Counted from the first letter of the stretch, positions 18,144 through 27,119 are shown. The stretch: 31,520 bases of DNA from Candidatus Rokuibacteriota bacterium (GCA_016184305.1 JACPCX010000115.1:1-31520); one strand, 5' to 3'. The notes: generated from the letters alone by a model not told the origin. Translations and numbers: made by a program.

Positions 18144-19697
18144 GTGACGCCCGCTCGTCTGCTGGATCTGCTGGCGCTGGCCCTCGGGGCCTGCCTCCTC
18201 TCTACCCTGGCGCTCCCGTGGTGGCGGCCCGAGGAGATCGTCCTGGCGATCCTGGCCGTGGTCTCGCTGCGGCTGCTGCTGCGGCCCGCGGCGGTTCCCT
18301 CGTGGCGCCCCCGACGCGTCGTGGCGATCGGGGTCGTGGCCTACGCGGCTCTCTTCTCCTTCGTCACCGTGACCCGCCACTTCACCTTCCTCACTCATGC
18401 CCTCGACCTGGGCTACTACGTGCAGCTCGTATGGAATCTCGCCGGGGGGCGTGGCCCGCGGGTGAGTCTGCCCGAGATGCACGCCTGGGGCGACCACCTC
18501 TCGCCGATCATGTACCTCTTCGTGCCGGCCTTCTGGGTGGCGCCGGGGCCGGTGGCGCTCCTCATCAGCCAGTCGGCGCTCCTGGCGCTGGGCGCCGTGG
18601 CGGTGTTCGGCATCGCAAACAAGCGGCTCGGGGACGAGCGGCCCGCGGCGGTGTTCGCCGTGCTCTACCTCGTGAACCCGTCGCTCCACGGCATCAACGT
18701 GCGCGACTTCCACGCGGCCGCGCTGGTGATCCCGCTGCTGCTGGCCGCCATCTGGGCCGTCGAGGCGGAGCGGCCCCTGTGGGCCTGCGGCGCGGCGGCG
18801 CTGGCGCTCGCGTGCCGCGAGGATGCGGCCATCGCGGTGGCGGGGCTCGGGATGTGGGTGGCGCTCGCGCGCGGGTTCCTTTTCTGGGGCGCCGGCCTGG
18901 CCGCCGCCGCGCTCGGCATCCTCTTCGTGGAGCTGCGCTGGGTGATCCCGCACTACCGGGGCGAAGCCTACAGTCACCTCTGGCGCTACGATCATCTGGG
19001 ACGCTCGCTCCCCGAGGTCGTCTCGACGGTGCTCCTCCATCCGCTCCGCACGGCGGCGGGGCTCCTCACGCCGGAGCGCCTCGTCTATCTGGGGGCGCTC
19101 CTGGCTCCGCTGGCGCTGCTGCCGCTGGCGGCGCCGCTCGAGGTGGTGGGCGCCTTGCCGGGGCTCGCCCAGAATCTCCTGAGCCGCGATCCGATCCTCT
19201 TCCACCACCGCACCCAGTACCAGGCCTTCGTCGTCCCGTTCCTGTTCGTGGCCGCGGTGGCGGGTTATGCGCGGCTCGCCGCCCGCCGCCCCGGGCGCCT
19301 GCCCGCCGCGGTGCTGGTGGTGGCCATGATCGCGAGTCTCGCGCTGGCCTCGCGGACGGTGAATCAGTTCGCCGTGTACCGCTTCTGGCCCAGGCCCGAG
19401 CAGCATGCCGCCTACCGCGTGCTGGCGAAGGTGCCCGAGGGCGCCGCGCTGTCGGCGCAGGACCCGTATGTCCCGCATCTCGCCATGCGCTCGCGCGTCT
19501 TCGTCTTCCCGGTGGGCATCGAGAAGAGCGACCACGTGTTGCTCAACGCGACGACCTATCCCTGGCGCAACCTGCCCGGGGCGACCATGGTCCGCCGGGG
19601 TGACACGGTGAGCATCTCGCCCTCGCCCGGCGCCCCGGAGTACCGCTACGTCGTGGCGGCCGAGGCAGGCCCCCACCTGCTCCTCCGCCGGCGCTGA
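18144..19697 (+). CDS. DUF2079-like multi-pass membrane protein (probable GT-C-type transferase)
   Basis: DLGYYVQLVWN, GDHLSPI, DFH and REDA motifs; hydrophobic multi-TM profile. Confidence 0.8.
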   Translation: MTPARLLDLLALALGACLLSTLALPWWRPEEIVLAILAVVSLRLLLRPAAVPSWRPRRVVAIGVVAYAALFSFVTVTRHFTFLTHALDLGYYVQLVWNLAGGRGPRVSLPEMHAWGDHLSPIMYLFVPAFWVAPGPVALLISQSALLALGAVAVFGIANKRLGDERPAAVFAVLYLVNPSLHGINVRDFHAAALVIPLLLAAIWAVEAERPLWACGAAALALACREDAAIAVAGLGMWVALARGFLFWGAGLAAAALGILFVELRWVIPHYRGEAYSHLWRYDHLGRSLPEVVSTVLLHPLRTAAGLLTPERLVYLGALLAPLALLPLAAPLEVVGALPGLAQNLLSRDPILFHHRTQYQAFVVPFLFVAAVAGYARLAARRPGRLPAAVLVVAMIASLALASRTVNQFAVYRFWPRPEQHAAYRVLAKVPEGAALSAQDPYVPHLAMRSRVFVFPVGIEKSDHVLLNATTYPWRNLPGATMVRRGDTVSISPSPGAPEYRYVVAAEAGPHLLLRRR

Positions 19698-19802
19698 ACT
19701 ACTACTTCCGAGAATCGTCGCGCCGCGCCTCGCGCGAGGAGGATTCTGATGTATTCTGGGGCCTGTTGCTCCATCAGCGACCGATCAGACCAGGAGAGTG
19801 TC

Positions 19803-20594
19803 GTGAGAGAGAACACGCTGAAGTCGATCTGGGCGCGGGGCGAGGCGGTCGTGAACGGCTGGCTGTCCATCCCTGCCTCCTTCTCCGCCGAGGTCATGGC
19901 CCACCAGGGATTCGATTCGCTCACCATCGACATGCAGCACGGGATGATCGACTACCAGACGGCCGTGACCCTGCTCCAGGCCATCTCCACCACGTCCGTG
20001 ATGCCGCTGGCTCGCGTGCCGTGGAACGATCCCGGGCGGCTCATGAAGATCCTCGATGCCGGGGTGTACGGCGTCATCTGCCCCATGATCAACACCCGCG
20101 CCCAGGCCGAGGCGCTCGTGGGCGCGTGCAAGTACCCCCCGCGGGGATTCCGGAGCTGGGGCCCCGTGCGCGCCTCCATCTACGCGGGCGCCGACTACGG
20201 CGACCGCGCCAACGCGGACATTGTTGTCATGCCGATGATCGAGACGGCCGAGGCGGTCCAGAACCTGGACGAGATCCTGAGCGTCCCCGGCGTGGACGCC
20301 ATCTACGTGGGCCCCTCCGACCTGAGCCTGGCGCTGGGCTGCAAGCCCCGGCTCGACCAGACCGACCCGCCGGTGGTGGAGGCGCAGCTGAAGATCGTGG
20401 AGGCCTGCAAGCGCCACGGGGTCGTGGCCGGCATCCATAACAACACGGCGGCCTATGCGCTCACGATGATCGCCGCCGGCTACCAGTTCGTGACGCTCGC
20501 CAGCGACAGCCGATTTCTCGCGTCGAAGGCGGCCGAGGAGGTGGCCGTGGTCCGCAAGTCTGGCGCCAGCGCCGGGAAGCTGCCCGCCTACTGA
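19803..20594 (+). CDS. HpcH/HpaI aldolase family protein
   Basis: GFDSLTIDMQHG, ARVPWN, LDAG, KYPPRG.R, MIET and YVGPSDL motifs; AGGAG before GTG 19803. Confidence 0.9.
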   Translation: MRENTLKSIWARGEAVVNGWLSIPASFSAEVMAHQGFDSLTIDMQHGMIDYQTAVTLLQAISTTSVMPLARVPWNDPGRLMKILDAGVYGVICPMINTRAQAEALVGACKYPPRGFRSWGPVRASIYAGADYGDRANADIVVMPMIETAEAVQNLDEILSVPGVDAIYVGPSDLSLALGCKPRLDQTDPPVVEAQLKIVEACKRHGVVAGIHNNTAAYALTMIAAGYQFVTLASDSRFLASKAAEEVAVVRKSGASAGKLPAY

Positions 20595-21214
20595 TGCCGC
20601 AGTTCGACGAGGCGCTCCTCGCGCGGGCGCGCGACCACCTCGCCGCCTTCCCGCGGCGGGCCACGGAGTGGGACGGACTCCGACCGGCCGCGGTGGCGGT
20701 GGTGCTCCTCGGAGATGACGAGGCGCGCGCGTGCTTTCTCCTCACGCGGCGCGCGGCGGCGCTCCGTGTCCACGCCGGCCAGTGGGCGCTGCCCGGCGGG
20801 GGCATCGAGGACGGCGAGCGCGCCGAGGGCGCGGCGCTGCGCGAGCTGTGGGAGGAGGTCGGGCTCGGGCTGGGCGGGGAGTCGGTGCTCGGGCTCCTGG
20901 ACGATTACCCCACGCGCTCCGGGTTCGTCATCACGCCGGTCATCGTGTGGGCCGGGCCCGTGGGCGAGCTCCACCCGGACCCGGACGAGGTGCAGGAGGT
21001 CCACCGGGTGCCGCTGGCGGATCTCGAGGGTCCCGGCGTCCCGCGGCTCATCCACATCCCGGAGAGCGAGCGGCCCGTGATCCAGATGCCGATTCTCGGC
21101 ACGACGCTCCACGCGCCGACGGCGGCCGTGCTCTATCAGCTCTGCGAGGTCGTGGTGCATGGCCGGACGACCCGGGTGGATCACCTGGAGCAACCCGTGT
21201 GGGCGTGGACATGA
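20594..21214 (+). CDS. Nudix hydrolase, CoA-pyrophosphatase (NudL/PCD1)-like
   Basis: LLTRRA..LR.HAGQWALPGG followed by the Nudix box AALRELWEEVG. Confidence 0.88.
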   Translation: MPQFDEALLARARDHLAAFPRRATEWDGLRPAAVAVVLLGDDEARACFLLTRRAAALRVHAGQWALPGGGIEDGERAEGAALRELWEEVGLGLGGESVLGLLDDYPTRSGFVITPVIVWAGPVGELHPDPDEVQEVHRVPLADLEGPGVPRLIHIPESERPVIQMPILGTTLHAPTAAVLYQLCEVVVHGRTTRVDHLEQPVWAWT

Positions 21215-21262
21215 GGTGGGCCGAGGCGGCCGGAGCGGAGCGAGGCGGCGAGGCGCAGGCTG

Positions 21263-21324
21263 GGCGAGCCGCAGCCGGAGGCGAGGCGAGCGCATATGGC
21301 AGACCGGGCGAGCGTGAGCGAGCC
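21263..21324 (+). repeat. Stand-alone copy of the inner repeat (copy C)
   Basis: GGCGAGCCGCAGCCGGAGGCGAGGCGAGCGCATATGGCAGACCGGGCGAGCGTGAGCGAGCC aligns with the inner part of copies A and B. Confidence 0.8.
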
Positions 21325-22360
21325 TGAGCGCGGCTTCACCCTCCTCGATGGCGGCAGGCCCGTCGAGGTGCCGGCCCGGGTCGAGGGCGGGGCGGTCAGG
21401 CTCTCGCCGCAGGCAGTCGAGGCTCTCGGCTGGCGGCTCGAGCCCGAAGGTCTGTGCCGGGAGGGGCTGTGTGTGCCGGTCCCGGCCGGTGCCGCTCTCG
21501 TCACGCCAGACGGCATCGCCCTCGAGGTGCTGGCGGCTCTCCTCGACCGGCCGCTGGCGCTGGACCTCGAGGAGGGCGTGGCGTACCTCGGTGCCTCCGC
21601 CGCCGATCGCGCCGGAGCGCTGGCCTCGCTCGAGGCGCCCGACTTCACGCTCCCCGATCTTCACGGCCGGCTCCACTCGCTGGCCGAGCACCGCGGGAAG
21701 AAGGTCTTCCTCGTCGCCTACGCCTCCTGGTGAGGGTGCCGCCTCGACCTGCCGGTGTGGCAGGCGCTGTACGAGGAGCTGAAAGCGCTCGGCTTCGTGG
21801 TGATCACCGTCGCGCTCGACCGGGGCCCGGAGGATGCACGACCCTGGATCGAGGCGGCGAGGCCGACCCATCCCTCGCTCATCGACGTCGGGCACGCGGT
21901 CGCCGACCTCTACAACATGGTGAATGTCCCCACGGTGGTCTGGATCGACGAGCGCGGCCGTATCGTCCGGCCCAACGACGTGGCCTTCGGCACCGACACC
22001 TTCCGCCACATCACGGGGATCGAGGCGGCCCGCCATCTGGGCGCGCTGCGCGCCTGGGCGCGGGGCCAGGCGCCCGTCATCGCGGCGCGAGAGGTGCGGG
22101 CCCTGCAGCGCGTGGCGAGCCAGGCGGATCAGCAGGCGCGGGCGGAGTTCGGGCTCGGTCGCTGGCTCGCCGAGCGAGGACGGGGCGAGGCGGCAGAGAG
22201 GCACTTCGTGCGGGCCGGAGAGCTGGCGCCGCACGATTTCACGATCCGGCGCGGGACCATGCCCATCCGCGGCATCGACCCCATGGGGCCAGCGTTTCGC
22301 GCGATGCTCGAGGAGTGGGTGGGGGCGGGGAAGTCGTACTACCGTCCGCTTCCCGACTGA
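21296..22360 (+). CDS. Probable selenoprotein: thioredoxin-fold redoxin (TlpA/AhpC-TSA-like) with a UGC motif, an N-terminal Cys-containing domain and a helical C-terminus; Sec at 21731-21733
   Basis: The two listed ORFs share one frame. Read-through gives APDFTLPDLHG..HSL...RGKKVFLVAYASW-U-GCRLDLPVWQ...VITVALD...NVPT..WIDERG, an intact Trx fold. A SECIS-like hairpin follows. Start is ATG 21296 or GTG 21314. Confidence 0.85.
21734..21772 (+). promoter_or_regulatory. Candidate bacterial SECIS element
   Basis: Stem CCTGCC (21748-21753) / GGCAGG (21759-21764) with a G-initiated loop GGTGT; 20 nt separate the UGA from the loop. Possible lower stem GTGC/GTAC. Confidence 0.7.
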
Positions 22361-22380
22361 ACGACACACGGGAGACAGTC

Positions 22381-23148
22381 ATGGCCAAGGCGACGCTCAA
22401 CGGCATCCAGATCGAATACCAGGATGGCGGCACCGGGCCTGCGGTGTTCCTCACCCACGGCTACTCCGCCACCGGGCGCATGTGGGACGGGCAGCGGCAG
22501 GCCCTCGGGGACCGCTACCGGATCATCTCCTGGGACATGCGCGGCCACGGGCAGACGGATAGCCCGGAGGACCCGACGCAGTACTCGCATGCCCTCACCG
22601 TGGCTGACATGCGCGCGCTCCTCCAGCATCTGGGCCTGGAGCACGCGGTGGTGGGCGGGCTCTCTCTCGGCGGCACGATGTCGCTGGCCTTCCGCCTCGC
22701 CCACCCGGAGATGGTCCGCGCGCTGGTCATCTGCGACTCGGGACCGGGTTTTCGCAATGCCGGGGCGCGGGAGGAGTGGAACCAGCAGGCGCAGAAGCGG
22801 GCGGCCGATCTCGAGGCGGTTGGCCTCGAAGCGCTTGGCGGGAGGAGCCGCGAGATGGAGGAGGCCGTGAGATACCACCGCTCGGCGCAGGGATTGGCGC
22901 ATGCGGCGCGCGGCATGCTGGCCCAGCAGGATTCGCGGATCATCGACTCCCTGCCGGGGATCGCCGCGCCCACGCTCATCATCGTGGGGGACCGGGACAC
23001 GCCTTTCTTGGCGCCGTGCGAGTACATGGCGAAGAAGATCCCCGGCGCCCGACTCGAGGTCATCGCGGGCGCGGGGCACTCGTCCAACCTGGACCAGCCG
23101 GAGGCCTTCAACCGGGTCCTGGCGTATTTCCTCGACTCGCTGGCCTGA
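22381..23148 (+). CDS. Alpha/beta hydrolase (PcaD/MenH-like)
   Basis: THGY, WDMRGHGQT, GLSLGG, GDRD and GAGHSSN motifs; GGGAG RBS. Confidence 0.88.
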   Translation: MAKATLNGIQIEYQDGGTGPAVFLTHGYSATGRMWDGQRQALGDRYRIISWDMRGHGQTDSPEDPTQYSHALTVADMRALLQHLGLEHAVVGGLSLGGTMSLAFRLAHPEMVRALVICDSGPGFRNAGAREEWNQQAQKRAADLEAVGLEALGGRSREMEEAVRYHRSAQGLAHAARGMLAQQDSRIIDSLPGIAAPTLIIVGDRDTPFLAPCEYMAKKIPGARLEVIAGAGHSSNLDQPEAFNRVLAYFLDSLA

Positions 23149-23161
23149 GGGGCACACACAC

Positions 23162-24154
23162 ATGGGCATGCTCGACGGAAAGACGGCGCTGGTGACGGGA
23201 GCCGGGCGCGGCATCGGTCGCGGGATCGCCATCGCGCTGGCCGCGGCCGGCGCCAGGGTCGTGGTCAATGACCTGGGCGCGAGCCTCGGGGGCGACGGGG
23301 TGGAGCGAGGGCCGGCGGACCAGGTCGTGGAGGAGATCAGGAAGCAGGGCGGCACGGCGCTGCCGAACTACGGCTCGGTGGCCGACTCCGAGCAGGGACC
23401 CGCCATGGTGCGGCAGGTGATCGACGCCTGGGGACGCATCGACATCCTGGTCAACGTGGCCGGCATCCTGCGCGACCGCATGATCTTCAACATGACCGAG
23501 GCCGAGTGGGACATGGTCATCGCCGTCCACCTCAAAGGCACCTTCAACTGCACCCGCGCCGCCGCCAGCGCCATGCGCCAGCAGCAGGGCGGGCGGATCA
23601 TCAGCATGTCGTCGGTCTCGGCCCTGGGCGCGCCGGGGCAGCCCAACTATGCCGCGGCCAAGGCCGGCATCCTCGGCCTCACCTGGTCCACGGCCAATGC
23701 GCTGGCCAAGTACGGGGTGACGGCCAATGCCATCCTCCCGAGCGGCGCCACCCGGATGATCGATTCGACGCCGCGCGGCCAGAAGGTGTTCGCCGAGACC
23801 GGCAAGTGGCCGAGCGAGCTGGCTGCCGGCACCGAGCGCGATCCGGACAACGTGGCGCCGCTGGTGGTCTACCTCGCGAGCGAGGCCGGCGCGGGGGTCA
23901 ACGGCCAGGTGTTCCACTCCTTCGGCTACGGCTACACGCTGCTGGCCCAGCCGCAGGCGATCAGGCGTCTGGTGGCGGATCGTCGACTGGCGCCCGAAGA
24001 GCTGGTGGCGCTCTTCCCCGGCACGCTCGGCGCCGATCTCAAGACGCCGCCGGGGACGGACTTCGGCCGGACGCTCCACGAGCGGCCCGCTGCCGAGTGG
24101 AAGGACCTCGGCGGGGGGGTGCGCCTCTGGCAGTCCCCGTGGGAGGAGCGGTGA
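23162..24154 (+). CDS. SDR oxidoreductase (hydroxyacyl-CoA dehydrogenase-like)
   Basis: TGAGRGIG, VVNDLG, AGILRDR and GQPNYAAAK motifs. Confidence 0.9.
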   Translation: MGMLDGKTALVTGAGRGIGRGIAIALAAAGARVVVNDLGASLGGDGVERGPADQVVEEIRKQGGTALPNYGSVADSEQGPAMVRQVIDAWGRIDILVNVAGILRDRMIFNMTEAEWDMVIAVHLKGTFNCTRAAASAMRQQQGGRIISMSSVSALGAPGQPNYAAAKAGILGLTWSTANALAKYGVTANAILPSGATRMIDSTPRGQKVFAETGKWPSELAAGTERDPDNVAPLVVYLASEAGAGVNGQVFHSFGYGYTLLAQPQAIRRLVADRRLAPEELVALFPGTLGADLKTPPGTDFGRTLHERPAAEWKDLGGGVRLWQSPWEER

Positions 24155-24633
24155 GGACGATTCTCCTCGTCTGCCATGCCAACACGGCCCGCAGCGTGAT
24201 GGCGCAGGCGCTCCTCCACCGGATGCTGGCGGACCGGGGCGCGCTGGACGGCGTCCGCATCCGGTGCGGGGGCATCGCCTCCTACGCGCGGGACGGCATG
24301 TTGCCGTCGCTGGATGCGCGGATCGTGCTGCGGGAGGAGGGCATTCACCTCGGCGAGGACGACCTGGTGTCCACCGATCTCAAGCGACACCGCCATCTCC
24401 TGGCGGAGGCCGACCTCATCGTGACGATGACCGTACAGCAGAAGCACATGGTGGAGGACTTCGCCGAGGCGCGCGGGCGGTCCGTGCTCACCCTGCGTGA
24501 GCTGGCCGGCGAGGAGGGTGACATCGGCGATCCCGCCACCCAGGGGGAGGAGACCTTCCGCGCCTGCCGCGACGAGATCCGGCGCTGCCTCGAGCGGTCC
24601 GTGGACCGGCTGCTCCTGGCGCTGTCGACCTGA
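24151..24633 (+). CDS. Low-molecular-weight phosphatase family protein (LMW-PTP/ArsC fold)
   Basis: ILLVCHANTARS (CX5R), ADLIVTM and DIGDP motifs; GTGA overlap with the SDR stop. Confidence 0.85.
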   Translation: MRTILLVCHANTARSVMAQALLHRMLADRGALDGVRIRCGGIASYARDGMLPSLDARIVLREEGIHLGEDDLVSTDLKRHRHLLAEADLIVTMTVQQKHMVEDFAEARGRSVLTLRELAGEEGDIGDPATQGEETFRACRDEIRRCLERSVDRLLLALST

Positions 24634-24802
24634 CCCGCCCTACTCATGAGGCTCCACCACCAGAGGGAGGACGGGTGAGCGGCGTGGGCCATCGTGCCCA
24701 CCGGCCGGCCCTTCAGCGGAGGCGAAGGTGGTCCCCGCTCCCGTCCGGTAGGTCTGCTCCCCGCTCGCTGCCCCGTCCAGTGGGTGTGATACGATCTTGC
24801 CC

Positions 24803-25015
24803 ATGAGACTCAGGGTCATCATCGAGCAGGACGAGGACGGGGTCTTCGTCGCTCAGTGTCCCTCACTGCCCGGCTGCATCTCGCAGGGCTCGACCCGAAG
24901 CGAGGCGCTTGCCAGCATCCGCGACGCCATCCAGGGCTATATCGAGAGCCTGAAGAAGCACGACGAGCCGATCCCGCCCCCGATCAGCGAGGAAATGGTG
25001 GAGATCGCAATGTGA
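24803..25015 (+). CDS. hicB: HicB-family antitoxin, short form without a DNA-binding domain
   Basis: IIEQDEDG.FVA.CPSLPGCISQG.T..EAL..I.DAI pattern; 70 aa. Confidence 0.9.
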   Translation: MRLRVIIEQDEDGVFVAQCPSLPGCISQGSTRSEALASIRDAIQGYIESLKKHDEPIPPPISEEMVEIAM

Positions 25016-25236
25016 CGCGTCTCCCGGTCGTCTCCGGCCGAGAGGCGGTGAGAGCATTCGTCAAGATCGGCTACCGCGAAGATCGTCAGACCAGTAGCCA
25101 CATCATCCTCCGCCACCAGGATCCGCCGCACCGGCGCCTGACTGTCCCTGACCACAAGGAACTCGCCAGGGGCACCTTGCGCAGCTTGATCCGGGAAGCT
25201 GGTCTCACCGTCGAGGAGTTCGTGGCTCTCGTGTAG
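25012..25236 (+). CDS. hicA: HicA-family mRNA interferase toxin
   Basis: LPVVSGRE..RA..K.G...RQ.SSH, TVP.H.EL.RGTLRSLI..AGL; GTGA overlap with hicB. Confidence 0.9.
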   Translation: MTRLPVVSGREAVRAFVKIGYREDRQTSSHIILRHQDPPHRRLTVPDHKELARGTLRSLIREAGLTVEEFVALV

Positions 25237-25298
25237 TCGCATCGATCCTCTCGAGCGGGTCCTTGTGCGAGAGGACCCGGTCGAAGGGGGCGATGCGA
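25237..25298. other. Long imperfect hairpin directly after the hicA stop (possible terminator, stabiliser or REP-like element)
   Basis: Paired segments TCGCATCG/CGATGCGA, TCGA/TCGA and CGGGTCCT/AGGACCCG; no U-tract. Confidence 0.55.
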
Positions 25299-25372
25299 TG
25301 AACGCCCGGCTTGAAGCACGGCGTCAGGATGCTACGAAGGCCGCGTGCTTACAATGGTACGATGGCCCGGTC

Positions 25373-26308
25373 ATGCTGGCCGTGGACGCGCGGGATCTCA
25401 GCAAGACCTTCCGCGCCGGGTGGCTTCACCGCCGGCGCACGGAGGCGCTCCGGGGCGTGAGCCTCCAGGTCCCGCGCGGGGCGATCTTCGGCCTGCTCGG
25501 GCCCAACGGGGCGGGGAAGACCACGCTCTTGTCCATCCTGGCGACGCTCCTCCTGCCTGACTCGGGTTCCGCGACCGTGCTCGGCCTGGACGTGGTGCGG
25601 GACAGCCTGGCCTTGCGCCGCCGGCTCAACATGGCGAGCGGCAACGCCTCCTTCGTCTGGAGCCTCCGGCCCGCCGAGGTGCTCATGTTCTACGGCAGGC
25701 TCTACGGGCTCAGCGGGCGGTCGCTGCGCCGGCGCGTGGAGGAGCTGATCGAGGGGTGCGAGCTCACCGGGCACAAGAAGACGGAGTACAACGAGCTGTC
25801 GACGGGGCTCAAGCAGCGGCTGGCCTTCGCCAAGGCGCTCTTGAACGACCCCGAGGTGCTCTTCCTCGACGAGCCCACGCTGGGGCTCGATCCGGACATG
25901 TCCATCAGGATCCGCGCCCAGATCGCGCGCCTCAGGCGCGATCGGGGCACGACCATCATCCTCACCACCCACTACATGCGGGAGGCCGAGGAGCTCTGCG
26001 ACGAGATCGCCTTCATCAAGGGCGGACGCATCCTGGCCCAGGGGGGGCCCGACGCGCTCAAGCGCCAGATCCGGCTGGGCGAGGTGATCGCGCTGAGGCT
26101 CGATCCCCTCGAGCCTGCAGGCCTTGCCTCGCTGCCGGGGGTGCTGGAGTACCGCATCCGGGACGAGCACCTCGAGTGCACGGTGGACGTGGCCGACAAG
26201 CGGCTGCCCGAGCTCTTGCGGTGGCTGCACGAGCAGGGCGTGGTGGTCCGGCAATGCGAGGTGCGGGAGCCGGACCTCGAGGAGGTCTTCGTTGAGCTCA
26301 ACCGCTAG
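25373..26308 (+). CDS. ABC-2 type exporter ATP-binding protein
   Basis: Walker A GPNGAGKT, signature LSTGLKQ, Walker B LFLDEPT and TTHYM. Confidence 0.92.
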   Translation: MLAVDARDLSKTFRAGWLHRRRTEALRGVSLQVPRGAIFGLLGPNGAGKTTLLSILATLLLPDSGSATVLGLDVVRDSLALRRRLNMASGNASFVWSLRPAEVLMFYGRLYGLSGRSLRRRVEELIEGCELTGHKKTEYNELSTGLKQRLAFAKALLNDPEVLFLDEPTLGLDPDMSIRIRAQIARLRRDRGTTIILTTHYMREAEELCDEIAFIKGGRILAQGGPDALKRQIRLGEVIALRLDPLEPAGLASLPGVLEYRIRDEHLECTVDVADKRLPELLRWLHEQGVVVRQCEVREPDLEEVFVELNR

Positions 26309-27119
26309 TCCGGCGTTGCACGTCAATGGTCTCCGGGCGGAGTGGGTGAGGACGTGGGCCTTTGCCTGTCGCAACGTCATCATGGCGCGCCGCAACGTCT
26401 TCTTCGTCTTCGAGCTGACGTTCTGGCCCGGGGTCGCCATGCTCTCCCACGGGCTCTTGACGCAGTTCCTCGCCCTCACGCCCGAGATGACGGCCTTCAT
26501 CCTCTCGGGCACCGTGGCGCTCTCCGCCGTCCAGGTCTGCCAGCTCGACGTGGCCTATGCGGTGCTGTTCGACATCTGGTCCAAGTCCATGAAGCACCAG
26601 TTCCTCGCGCCGGTGGGGATCCGGCACCTGGCGCTCGGCTCCTGGCTCGTGGGGGTGGCCCGCGGCCTCGTCGTGTTCGCGCTCATGGCGCTCATCGGCA
26701 CGCGGGCCTTCGGCTTCGACTTTCTCGGCGGAGGCGCGGGGAGCCTCGCCGCGTTCCTCGCCGGCTGCTTCCTCTGCGCGCTCGTCATCGGGCTCCTGGT
26801 CTGCACGCTCGTCCTGCTCTTCGGTACGCGGGCCGAGACGTCCGCCTGGGCCGCCGTGAACCTCGTCGTGATGCTGGCGGGCATCTACTACCCGATCTCG
26901 GTGCTGCCCGGCTGGGTCGCCGCCATCTCGGCCGCGATCCCGCTGACGTACTTCCTCGACGCGTTCCGGGCGGGGTACGGGTTCGAGTCCCAGTTCAGCG
27001 CCCCGCTGATCAAGGGATTCGCCCTGGCTCTCCTCTACGTGGCTCTCGCGCACTGGGCGCTGGCCGCCGCCATCACGCGGGCGCGCCGCACTGGCCTTCT
27101 CCTCAAACTCTCGGAGTGA
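26292..27119 (+). CDS. ABC-2 type exporter permease
   Basis: About 6 TM segments, GIYYPISVLP.W and PLTY motifs. TTG start after GGAGG is inferred. Confidence 0.85.
   Translation: MSSTASPALHVNGLRAEWVRTWAFACRNVIMARRNVFFVFELTFWPGVAMLSHGLLTQFLALTPEMTAFILSGTVALSAVQVCQLDVAYAVLFDIWSKSMKHQFLAPVGIRHLALGSWLVGVARGLVVFALMALIGTRAFGFDFLGGGAGSLAAFLAGCFLCALVIGLLVCTLVLLFGTRAETSAWAAVNLVVMLAGIYYPISVLPGWVAAISAAIPLTYFLDAFRAGYGFESQFSAPLIKGFALALLYVALAHWALAAAITRARRTGLLLKLSE

Noticed and set aside
21731..21733. UGA as Trp/Gly from a reassigned genetic code, or two separate genes
   Set aside because: TGA is the normal stop of many genes here (thiG, thiE, tldD), so the code is standard. A split would cut the Trx fold at its active site.
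24640..24822. 60-aa minus-strand ORF between the LMW-PTP gene and hicB
   Set aside because: Overlaps the hicB start and promoter, and has no recognisable motif or RBS.
25237..25298. Integron attC site after hicA
   Set aside because: No RYYYAAC/GTTRRRY core sites and no integrase or cassette array.
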